Shown here piece after piece: positions 14,001-25,185 of a DNA stretch of 64,000 nt. Positions within the stretch are counted from its first letter, which is position 1. The number at the start of each line of letters is the position of its first letter. The DNA is taken from assembly GCA_964016885.1 (NCBI GenBank), contig OZ024742.1, positions 215,636,001 through 215,700,000 of the forward strand, given 5' to 3'. Source of the DNA: Eledone cirrhosa (lineage: Eukaryota). The position numbers were made by a program, and so were the translations under genes. The notes beneath the pieces were generated by a model that saw only the letters and a program-made list of their open reading frames with translations, made no database searches and was not told the DNA's origin.

Positions 14001-15999
14001 AGTGGTGTTTGTAGTGGTGTGTTGTTGGTGATAGTTAGATAGCTGGTGGAGTGCTGTTTGTAGTGGTGTGTTGTTGCTGATAGTTAGATAGTTGTTGGAG
14101 TGGTGTTTGTAGTGGTGTGTTGTTGCTGATATTTAGATAGTTGGTGGAGTGGTGTTTGTAGTGGTGTGTTGTTGCTGATAGTTAGATAGTTGATGGAGTG
14201 GTGTTTGTAGTGGTGTGTTGTTGCTTATAGTTAGATAGTTGGCGGAGTGGTGTTTGTAGTGGTGTGTTGTTGGTGATAGTTAAATAGATGGTGGAGTGGT
14301 GTTTGTAATGGTGTGTTGTTTGTGATAGTTAGATAGTATGTGGAGTGGTATTTGTAGTGGTGTGTTGTTGCTGATAGTTAGATAGAGGGTGGAATGGTGT
14401 TTGTAGTGGTGTGTTGTTGGTGATAGTTAGATAGTTGGTGGAGTGGTGTTTGTAGTGGTGCGTTGTAGGTGGTAGTTCGATAGATAGTGGAGTGGCGTTT
14501 GTAGTGGTGTGTTGTTGCCGATAGTCAGATAGATGTTGGAGTGGTGTTTGTAGTGGTGTGTTGTTGGTGATAGTTAGATAGTTGGTAAAGTTGTGTTTGT
14601 AGTGGTGTGTTGTTGGTGATAGTTAGATAGTTGGTGGAGTGGTGTTTGTAGTGGTGTGTTGTTGCTGATAGTGAGATAGATGGTGGAGTGGTGTTTGTAG
14701 TGGTGTGTTGTTGCTGATAGTGAGATAGATGCTGGAGTGGTGTTTGTAGTGGTGTGTTGTTGGTGATAGTTAGATAGTTGGTGGAGTGATGTTTGTAGTG
14801 GTGTGTTGTTGCTGATAGTGAAATAGATGGTGGAGTGGTGTTTATAGTGGTGTGTTGTTGCTGATAGTGAGATAGATGGTGGAGTGGTGTTTGTAGTGGT
14901 GTGTTGTTGGTGATAGTAGATAGATGGTGGAGTAGTGTGTAGTGATGTGTTGTTGGTGATAGTTAGATAGTTAGTGGAGTGGTGTTCGTAGTGGTGTGTT
15001 GTTGGTGATAGTTAGATAGATGGTGGAATGGTGTTTGTAGTTGTGTGTTGTTTCTGATAGTTAGATAGTTGGTGGAGTGGTGTTTGTAGTGGTGTCATGT
15101 TGCTGATAGTTAGATAGTTGGTGGAGTGGTGTTTATAGTGGTGTGTTGTTGGTGATAGTTAGATAGTTGGTGGAGTGGTGTTTGTAGTGGTGTGTTGTTG
15201 GTGATAGTTAGATAGTTGGTAGAGTGGTGTTTGTAGAGGTGTGTTGTTGGTGATAGTGAGATAGATGGTGGAGTGGTGTTTGTAGTGGTGTGTTGTTGCC
15301 GATAGTCAGATAGATGTTGGAGTGGTGTTTGTAGTGGTGTGTTGTTGGTGATAGTTAGATAGTTGGTAAAGTTGTGTTTGTAGTGGTGTGTTGTTGCTGA
15401 TAAATAGATAGTTGGTGGAGTGGTGTTTGTAGTGGTGTGTTGTTGGTGATAGATAGATAGTTGGTTGAGTGGTGTTTATAGTGGTGTGTTGTTGCTGATA
15501 GTTAGATAGTTGGTGGAGTGGTGTTTGGAGTGGTGTTTGTAGTGGTGTGTTGTTGCAGATAGTTAGATAGATGGTGGAGTGGTGTTGGTAGTGGTGTGGT
15601 GTTGCTGATAGTTAGATAGATGGTGGAGTGGTGTTTGTAGTGGTGTGGTGTTGCTGATATTTAGATAGTTGGTGGAGTGGTGTTTGTAGTGGTGTGGTGT
15701 TGGTGAGAGTTAGATAGTTGGTGGAGTGCTGTTTGTATTTGTGTGTTGTTGCAGATAGTTAGATAGTTGGTGGAGTGGTGTTTGTAGTGGTGTGTTGTTG
15801 GTGATAGTTAGATAGTTGGTGGGGTGGTGTTTGTAGTGGTGTGTTGTTGCTGATAGTAAGATAGATGGTGGAGTGGTGTTTGTAGTGGTGTGTTGTTGCT
15901 GATAGTGAGATAGATGTTGGAGTGGTGTTTGTAGTGGTGTGTTGTTGGTGATAGTTAGATAGCTGGTGGAGTGCTGTTTGTAGTGGTGTGTTGTCGCTG

Positions 16000-18900
16000 A
16001 TAGTTAGATAGAGGGTGGAATGGTGTTTATAGTGGTGTGTTGTTGGTGATAGTTAGATAGTTGGTGGAGTGGTGTTTGTAGTGGTGCGTTGTTGGTGGTA
16101 GTTCGATAGATAGTGGAGTGGTCTTTGTAGTGGTGTGTTGTTGCCGATAGTCAGATAGCTGGAGCAGTGGTGTTTGTAGTGGTGTGTTGTTGGTGATAGT
16201 GAGATAGTTGGTGGAGTGGTGTTTGTAGTGGTGTGTTGTTGCTGATAGTAAGATAGATGGTGGAGTGGTGTTTGTAGTGGTGTGTTGTTGCTGATAGTGA
16301 GATAGATGTTGGAGTGGTGTTTGTAGTGGTGTGTTGTTGGTGATAGTTAGATAGCTGGTGGAGTACTGTTTGTAGTGGTGTGTTGTTGCTGATAGTTAGA
16401 TAGTTGTTGGAGTGGTGTTTGTAGTGGTGTGTTGTTGCTGATATTTAGATAGTTGGTGGAGCGGTGTTTGTAGTGGTGTGTTGTTGCTGATAGTTAGATA
16501 GTTGATGGAGTGGTGTTTGTAGTGGTGTGTTGTTGCTGATGGTTAGATAGTTGGTGGAGTGGTGTTTGTAGTGGTGTGTTGTTGGTGATAGTTAAATAGA
16601 TGGTGGAGTGGTGTTTGTAATGGTGTGTTGTTTGTGATAGTTAGATAGTATGTGGAGTGGTGTTTGTAGTGGTGTGTTGTTGCTGATAGTTAGATAGAGG
16701 GTGGAATGGTGTTTGTAGTGGTGTGTTGTTGGTGATAGTTAGATAGTTGGTGGAGTGGTGTTTGTAGTGGTGCGTTGTTGGAGGTAGTTCGATAGATAGT
16801 GGAGTGGTGTTTGTAGTGGTGTGTTGTTGATGATAGTTAGATAGTTGGTGGAATGGTGTTTGTAGTGGTGTGTTGTTGGTGATAGTGAGATAGATGGTGG
16901 AGTGGTGTTTGTAGTGGTGTGTTGTTGGTGATAGTTAGATAGTTGGTGAAGTGGTGTTTGTAGTGGTGTGTTGTTGGTGATAGTTAGATAGATGGTGGAG
17001 TGGTGTTTGTAGTGGTGTGTTGTTGCGGATAGTTAGATAGTTGGTGGAGTGGTGTTTGTAGTGGTGTGTTGTTTGTGATTGTTAGATACTTGGTGCAGTG
17101 GTGTTTGTAGTGGTGTGTTGTTGGTGATAGTTAGATAGTTGGTGGAGTGGTATTTGTAGTGGTGTGTTGTTGCTGATAGTAAGATAGATGGTGGAGTGGT
17201 GTTTGTAGTGGTGTGTTGTTGCTGATAGTGAGAGAGATGTTGGAGTGGTGTTTGTAGTGGTGTGTTGTTGGTGATAGTTAGATAGCTGGTGGAGTGCTGT
17301 TTGTATTGATGTGCTGTTGCTGATAGTTAGATAGTTGTTGGAGTGGTGTTTGTAGTGGTGTGTTGTTGCTGATATTTAGATAGTTGGTGGAGTGGTGTTT
17401 GTAGTGGTGTGTTGTTGCTGATAGTTAGATAGTTGATGGAGTGGTGTTTGTAGTGGTGTGTTGTTGCTTATAGTTAGATAGTTGGTGGAGTGGTGTTTGT
17501 AGTGGTGTGTTGTTGGTGATAGTTAAATAGATGGTGGAGTGGTGTTTGTAATGGTGTGTTGTTTGTGATAGTTAGATAGTATGTGGAGTGGTGTTTGTAG
17601 TGGTGTGTTGTTGCTGATAGTTAGATAGAGGGTGGAATGGTGTTTGTAGTGGTGTGTTATTGGTGATAGTTAGATAGTTGGTGGAGTGGTGTTTGTAGTG
17701 GTGCGTTGTTGGTGGTAGTTCGATAGATAGTGGAGTGGTGTTTGTAGTGGTGTGTTGTTGCCGATAGTCAGACAGATGTTGGAGTGGTGTTTGTAGTGGT
17801 GTGTTGTTGGTGATAGTTAGATAGTTGGTAAAGTTGTGTTTGTAGTGGTGTGTTGTTGCTGATAATTAGATAGTTGGTGGAGTGGTGTTTGTAGTGGTGT
17901 GTTGTTGGTGATAGTGAGATAGATGGTGGAGTGGTGTTTGTAGTGGTGTGTTGTTGGTGATAGATAGATAGTAGTTTGAGTGGTGTTTATAGTGGTGTGT
18001 TGTTGCTGATAGTTAGATAGTTGGTGGAGTGGTGTTTGGAGTGGTGTTTGTAGTGGTGTGGTGTTTGTAGTGGTGTGGTGTTGCTGATAGTTAGATAGAT
18101 GGTGGAGTGTTCTTTGTAGTGGTGTGGTGTTGGTGATATTTAGATAGTTGGTGGAGTGCTGTTTGTAGTGGTGTGTTGTTGCAGATAGTTAGATAGTTGG
18201 TGGAGTGGTGTTTGTAGAGGTGTGGTGTTGCTGATAGTTAGATAGTTGGTGGAGTGTTCTTTGTAGTGGTGTGGTGTTGGTGATAGTTAGATAGTTGGTG
18301 GAGTGCTGTTTGTAGTGGTGTGTTGTTGCAGATAGTTAGATAGTTGGTGGAGTGGTGTTTGTAGTGGTGTGTTGTTGCTGATAGTTAGATAGATGGTGGA
18401 GTGGTGTTTGTAGTAGTGTGTTGTTGGTGATAGTTAGATTGTTGGTGGAGTGCTGTTTGTAGTGGTATGTTGTTGGTGATAGTTAGATAGTTGGTGGAGT
18501 GGTGTTTGTAATGGTGTGTTGTTGCTGATAGTTAGATAGATGGTGGAGTGGTGTTTGTAGTGGTGTGTTGTTGCTGATAGTTAGATAGTTGGTGGAGTGG
18601 TGTTTGTAGTGGTGTGTTGTTGGTGATAGATAGATAGTTGGTTGAGTGGTGTTTATAGTGGTGTGTTGTTGCTGATAGTTAGATAGTTGGTGGAGTGGTG
18701 TTTGGAGTGGTGTTTGTAGTGGTGTGTTGTTGCAGATAGTTAGATAGATGGTGGAGTGGTGTTGGTAGTGGTGTGGTGTTGCTGATAGTTAGATAGATGG
18801 TGGAGTGGTGTTTGTAGTGGTGTGGTGTTGCTGATATTTAGATAGTTGGTGGAGTGGTGTTTGTAGTGGTGTGGTGTTGGTGAGAGTTAGATAGTTGGTG

Positions 18901-21900
18901 GAGTGCTGTTTGTATTTGTGTGTTGTTGCAGATAGTTAGATAGTTGGTGGAGTGGTGTTTGTAGTGGTGTGTTGTTGGTGATAGTTAGATAGTTGGTGGG
19001 GTGGTGTTTGTAGTGGTGTGTTGTTGCTGATAGTAAGATAGATGGTGGAGTGGTGTTTGTAGTGGTGTGTTGTTGCTGATAGTGAGATAGATGTTGGAGT
19101 GGTGTTTGTAGTGGTGTGTTGTTGGTGATAGTTAGATAGCTGGTGGAGTGCTGTTTGTAGTGGTGTGTTGTTGCTGATAGTTAGATAGTTGTTGGAGTGG
19201 TGTTTGTAGTGGTGTGTTGTTGCTGATATTTAGATAGTTGGTGGAGTGGTGTTTGTAGTGGTGTGTTGTTGCTGATAGTTAGATAGTTGACGGAGTGGTG
19301 TTTGTAGTGGTGTGTTGTTGCTTATAGTTAGATAGTTGGTGGAGTGTTGTTTGTAGTGGTGTGTTGTTGGTGATAGTTAAATAGATGGTGGAGTGGTGTT
19401 TGTAATGGTGTGTTGTTTGTGATAGTTAGATAGTATGTGGAGTGGTGTTTGTAGTGGTGTGTTGTCGCTGATAGTTAGATAGAGGGTGGAATGGTGTTTG
19501 TAGTGGTGTGTTGTTGGTGATAGTTAGATAGTTGGTGGAGTGGTGTTTGTAGTGGTGCGTTGTTGGTGGTAGTTCGATAGATAGTGGAGTGGTGTTTGTA
19601 GTGGTGTGTTGTTGCCGATAGTCAGATAGCTGGTGCAGTGGTGTTTGTAGTGGTGTGTTGTTGGTGATAGTTAGATAGTTGGTGGAGTGGTGTTTGTAGT
19701 GGTGTGTTGTTGCTGATAGTAAGATAGATGGTGGAGTGGTGTTTGTAGTGGTGTGTTGTTGCTGATAGTGAGATAGATGTTGGAGTGGTGTTTGTAGTGG
19801 TGTGTTGTTGGTGATAGTTAGATAGCTGGTGGAGTGCTGTTTGTAGTGGTGTGTTGTTGCTGATAGTTAGATAGTTGTTGGAGTGGTGTTTGTAGTGGTG
19901 TGTTGTTGCTGATATTTAGATAGTTGGTGGAGCGGTGTTTGTAGTGGTGTGTTGTTGCTGATAGTTAGATAGTTGATGGAGTGGTGTTTGTAGTGGTGTG
20001 TTGTTGCTGATGGTTAGATAGTTGGTGGAGTGGTGTTTGTAGTGGTGTGTTGTTGGTGATAGTTAAATAGATGGTGGAGTGGTGTTTGTAATGGTGTGTT
20101 GTTTGTGATAGTTAGATAGTATGTGGAGTGGTGTTTGTAGTGGTGTGTTGTTGCTGATAGTTAGATAGAGGGTGGAATGGTGTTTGTAGTGGTGTGTTGT
20201 TGGTGATAGTTAGATAGTTGGTGGAGTGGTGTTTGTAGTGGTGCGTTGTTGGAGGTAGTTCGATAGATAGTGGAGTGGTGTTTGTAGTGGTGTGTTGTTG
20301 ATGATAGTTAGATAGTTGGTGGAATGGTGTTTGTAGTGGTGTGTTGTTGGTGATAGTGAGATAGATGGTGGAGTGGTGTGTGTAGTGGTGTGTTGTTGGT
20401 GATAGTTAGATAGTTGGTGAAGTGGTGTTTGTAGTGGTGTGTTGTTGGTGATAGTTAGATAGATGGTGGAGTGGTGTTTGTAGTGGTGTGTTGTTGCGGA
20501 TAGTTAGATAGTTGGTGGAGTGGTGTTTGTAGTGGTGTGTTGTTTGTGATTGTTAGATACTTGGTGCAGTGGTGTTTGTAGTGGTGTGTTGTTGGTGATA
20601 GTTAGATAGTTGGTGGAGTGGTATTTGTAGTGGTGTGTTGTTGCTGATAGTAAGATAGATGGTGGAGTGGTGTTTGTAGTGGTGTGTTGTTGCTGATAGT
20701 GAGATAGATGTTGGAGTGGTGTTTGTAGTGGTGTGTTGTTGGTGATAGTTAGATAGCTGGTGGAGTGCTGTTTGTATTGGTGTGCTGTTGCTGATAGTTA
20801 GATAGTTGTTGGAGTGGTGTTTGTAGTGGTGTGTTGTTGCTGATATTTAGATAGTTGGTGGAGTGGTGTTTGTAGTGGTGTGTTGTTGCTGATAGTTAGA
20901 TAGTTGATGGAGTGGTGTTTGTAGTGGTGTGTTGTTGCTTATAGTTAGATAGTTGGTGGAGTGGTGTTTGTAGTGGTGTGTTGTTGGTGATAGTTAAATA
21001 GATGGTGGAGTGGTGTTTGTAATGGTGTGTTGTTTGTGATAGTTAGATAGTAAGTGGAGTGGTGTTTGTAGTGGTGTGTTGTTGCTGATAGTTAGATAGA
21101 GGGTGGAATGGTGTTTGTAGTGGTGTGTTATTGGTGATAGTTAGATAGTTGGTGGAGTGGTGTTTGTAGTGGTGCGTTGTTGGTGGTAGTTCGATAGATA
21201 GTGGAGTGGTGTTTGTAGTGGTGTGTTGTTGCCGATAGTCAGATAGATGTTGGAGTGGTGTTTGTAGTGGTGTGTTGTTGGTGATAGTTAGATAGTTGGT
21301 AAAGTTGTGTTTGTAGTGGTGTGTTGTTGCTGATAATTAGATAGTTGGTGGAGTGGTGTTTGTAGTGGTGTGTTGTTGGTGATAGTGAGATAGATGGTGG
21401 AGTGGTGTTTGTAGTGGTGTGTTGTTGGTGATAGATAGATAGTAGTTTGAGTGGTGTTTATAGTGGTGTGTTGTTGCTGATAGTTAGATAGTTGGTGGAG
21501 TGGTGTTTGGAGTGGTGTTTGTAGTGGTGTGGTGTTTGTAGTGGTGTGGTGTTGCTGATAGTTAGATAGATGGTGGAGTGTTCTTTGTAGTGGTGTGGTG
21601 TTGGTGATATTTAGATAGTTGGTGGAGTGCTGTTTGTAGTGGTGTGTTGTTGCAGATAGTTAGATAGTTGGTGGAGTGGTGTTTGTAGAGGTGTGGTGTT
21701 GCTGATAGTTAGATAGTTGGTGGAGTGTTCTTTGTAGTGGTGTGGTGTTGGTGATAGTTAGATAGTTGGTGGAGTGCTGTTTGTAGTGGTGTGTTGTTGC
21801 AGATAGTTAGATAGTTGGTGGAGTGGTGTTTGTAGTGGTGTGTTGTTGCTGATAGTTAGATAGATGGTGGAGTGGTGTTTGTAGTAGTGTGTTGTTGGTG

Positions 21901-22100
21901 ATAGTTAGATTGTTGGTGGAGTGCTGTTTGTAGTGGTATGTTGTTGGTGATAGTTAGATAGTTGGTGGAGTGGTGTTTGTAATGGTGTGTTGTTGCTGAT
22001 AGTTAGATAGATGGTGGAGTGGTGTTTGTAGTGGTGTGTTGTTGCTGATAGTTAGATAGTTGGTGGAGTGGTGTTTGTAGTGGTGTGTTGTTGGTGATAG
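16000..22100. repeat. 3,471-bp-offset higher-order duplication in the 49-mer array
   Basis: TTCGATAG variants at 16104/19575, 16790/20261 and 17721/21192. Boundaries are approximate. Confidence 0.85.
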
Positions 22101-25100
22101 TTAGATAGATGGTGGAGTGGTGTTTGTAGTGGTGTGTTGTTGCTGATAGTTAGATAGATGGTGGAATGGTGTTTGTAGTGGTGTGTTGTTGCTGATAGTT
22201 AGATAGATGGTGGAGTGGTGTTTGTAGTGGTGTGTTGTTGGTGATGGTTAGATAGTTGGTGGAGTGGTGTTTGTAGTGGTTTGTTGTTGGTGATAGTTAG
22301 ATAGTTGTTGGAATGGTGTTTGTAGTTGTGTGTTGTTGGTGATAGTTAGATAGTTGGTGGAGTGGTGTTTGTAGTGGTGTGTTGTTGGTCATAGTTAGAT
22401 AGTTGGTGCAGTGGTGTTTGTAGTGGTGTGTTTTTGGTGATAGTTAGATAGCTGGTGGAGTGCTGTTTGTAGTGGTGTGTTGTTGCTGATAGTTAGATAG
22501 TTGTTGGAGTGGTGTTTGTTGTGGTGTGTTGTTGCTGATATTTAGATAGTTGGTGGAGCGGTGTTTGTAGTGGTGTGTTGTTGCTGATAGTTAGATAGTT
22601 GATGGAGTGGTGTTTGTAGTGGTGTGTTGTTGCTGATAGTTAGATAGTTGGTGGAGTGGTGTTTGTAGTGGTGTGTTGTTGGTGATAGTTAAATAGATGG
22701 TGGAGTGGTGTTTGTAATGGTGTGTTGTTTGTGATAGTTAGATAGTATGTGGAGTGGTGTTTGTAGTGGTGTGTTGTTGCTGATAGTTAGATAGAGGGTG
22801 GAATGGCGTTTGTAGTGGTGTGTTGTTGGTGATAGTTAGATAGTTGATGGAGTGGTGTTTGTAGTGGTGCGTTGTTGGTGGTAGTTCGATAGATAGTGGA
22901 GTGGTGTTTGTAGTGGTGTGTTGTTGGTGATAGTTAGATAGTTGGTGGAGTGGTGTTTGTAGTGGTGTGTTGTTGGTGATAGTGAGATAGATGGTGGAGT
23001 GGTGTTTGTAATGGTGTGTTGTTTGTTATAGCTAGATAGATGGTGGAGTGGTGTTTGTAGTGGTGCCTTGTTGCTGATAGTCAGATAGTTGGTGGAGTGG
23101 TGTTTGTAGTTGTGTGTTGTTGGTGATAGTTAGATAGTTGGTGAAGTGGTGTTTGTAGTGGTGTGTTGTTGGTGATAGATAGATAGTTGGTGGAGTGCTG
23201 TTTGTAGTGGTGTGTTATTGGTGATAGTTAGATAGTTGCTGGAGTGGTGTTTGTAGTGATGTGTTGTGGTGATAGTTAGATAGTTGGTGGTGTGCTGTTT
23301 GTAGTGGTGTGTTGTTGCTGATAGTTAGATAGTTGGTGGAGTGGTGTTTGTAGTGGTGTGTTGTTGGTGATAGTTAGCTAGTTGGTGGAGTGGTGTTTGT
23401 AGTGGTGTGTTGTTGGTGATAGTTAGATAGTTGGTGGAGTGGTGTTTGTAGTGGTGTTTTGTTGGTGATAGTTAGATAGATGGTGGAGTGGTGTTTATAT
23501 TGATGTGTTGTTGGTGATAGTTAGATAGTTGGTGGAGTGGTGTTTGTAGTGGTGTGTTGTTGCTGATAGTTAAATAGTTGGTGAAGTGGTGTTTGTAGAG
23601 GTGTGTTGTTGTTATAGCTAGATAGATGGTGGAGTGGTGTTTGTAGTGGTGCCTTGTTGCTGATAGTCAGATAGTTGGTGGAGTGGTGTTTGTAGTGGTG
23701 TGTTGTTGATGATAGTTAGATAGTTGGTGAAGTGGTGTTTGTAGTGGTGTGTTGTTGGTGATAGATAGATAGTTGGTGGAGTGCTGTTTGTAGTGGTGTG
23801 TTATTGGTGATAGTTAGATAGTTGCTGGAGTGGTGTTTGTAGTGATGTGTTGTGGTGATAGTTAGATAGTTGGTGGTGTGCTGTTTGTAGTGGTGTGTTG
23901 TTGGTGATAGTTAGATAGTTGGTGGAGTGGTGTTTGTAGTGGTGTGTTGTTGGTGATAGTTAGCTAGTTGGTGGAGTGGTGTTTGTAGTGGTGTGTTGTT
24001 GGTGATAGTTAGATAGTTGGTGGAGTGGTGTTTGTAGTGGTGTTTTGTTGGTGATAGTTAGATAGATGGTGGAGTGGTGTTTGTATTGATGTGTTGTTGG
24101 TGATAGTTAGATAGTTGGTGGAGTGGTGTTTGTAGTGGTGTGTTGTTGGTGATAGTTAGATAGTTGTTGGAGTGGTGTTTGTAGAGGTGTGTTGTTGGTG
24201 ATAGTTAGATAGATGGTGGAGTGGTGTATGTAGTGGTGTGTTGTTGGTGATAGTTAGATAGATGGTGGAGTGGTGTTTGTAGTGGTGTGTTGTTGGTGAT
24301 AGTTAGATAGTTGGTGGAGTTGTGTTTGTAGTGGTGTGTTGTTGGTGATAGTTTAATAGTTAGTGGAGTGGTGTTTGTAGTGGTGTGTTGTTGCTGATAG
24401 TTATATAGTTGGTGGAGTGGTGTTTGTAGTGGTGTGTTGTTGGTGATAGTTAGATAGATGGTGGAGTGCTGTTTGTAGTGGTTTGTTGTTGCTGATAGTT
24501 AGATAGTTGGTGGAGTGGTGTTTGTAGTGGTGTGTTGTTGGTGATAGTTAGATAGATGGTGAAGTGGTGTTTGTAGTGGTGTGTTGTTGCTGATAGTTAG
24601 ATAGATGGTGGAGTGGTGTTTGTAGTGGTGTGTTGTTGGTGATATTTAGATAGTTGGTGAAGTGGTGTTTGTAGTGATGTGTTGTTGCTGTTAGTTAGAT
24701 AGTTGGTGGAGTGGTGTTTGTAGTGGTGTGTTGTTGGTGATAGTTAGATAGTGGGTGGAGTGGTGTTTGTAGTGGTGTGTTGTTGCTGATAGTTAGATAG
24801 TTGGTGGAGTGGTGTTTGTAGTGGTGTGTTGTTGCTGATAGTTAGATAGTTGGTGAAGTGGTGTTTGTAGTGGTGTGTTGTTGGTGATATTTAGATAGTT
24901 GGTGGAGTGCTGTTTGTAGTGGTGTGTGGTTCATGATAGTTACATAGTTGGTGGAGTGGTGTTTGTAGTGGTGTGTTGTTGGTGATATTTAGATAGTTGG
25001 TGAAGTGGTGTTTGTAGTGATGTGTTGTTGCTGATAGTTATATAGTTGGTGGAGTGGTGTTTGTAGTGGTGTGTTGTTGGTGATAGTTAGATAGCTGTTG

Positions 25101-25185
25101 CTACTGTTGGAGGTGGTGGTGGTTTGGCTGTTGTTGTTGTTGGTGGTGGTGCTGGTGTTTCGGCTGGTGTTGTTGGTGGTGGTGT

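Larger units (their letters stand above)
1..25094. repeat. 49-bp tandem satellite, about 510 copies; consensus GTTTGTAGTGGTGTGTTGTTG(G/C)TGATAGTTAGATAG(T/A)TGGTGGAGTGGT
   Basis: Period read directly: TTGTAGTGGT starts at 1 and 50, GAGTGGTGTT at 481 and 530. The consensus has 21 G, 21 T, 7 A and no C. The array runs off the left edge and ends at GATAGTTAGATAG (~25082-25094). Copy number is length/49. Confidence 0.98.

Noticed and set aside
1-25094. CRISPR array
   Set aside because: The units are head-to-tail with no unique spacers, and there are no cas genes.
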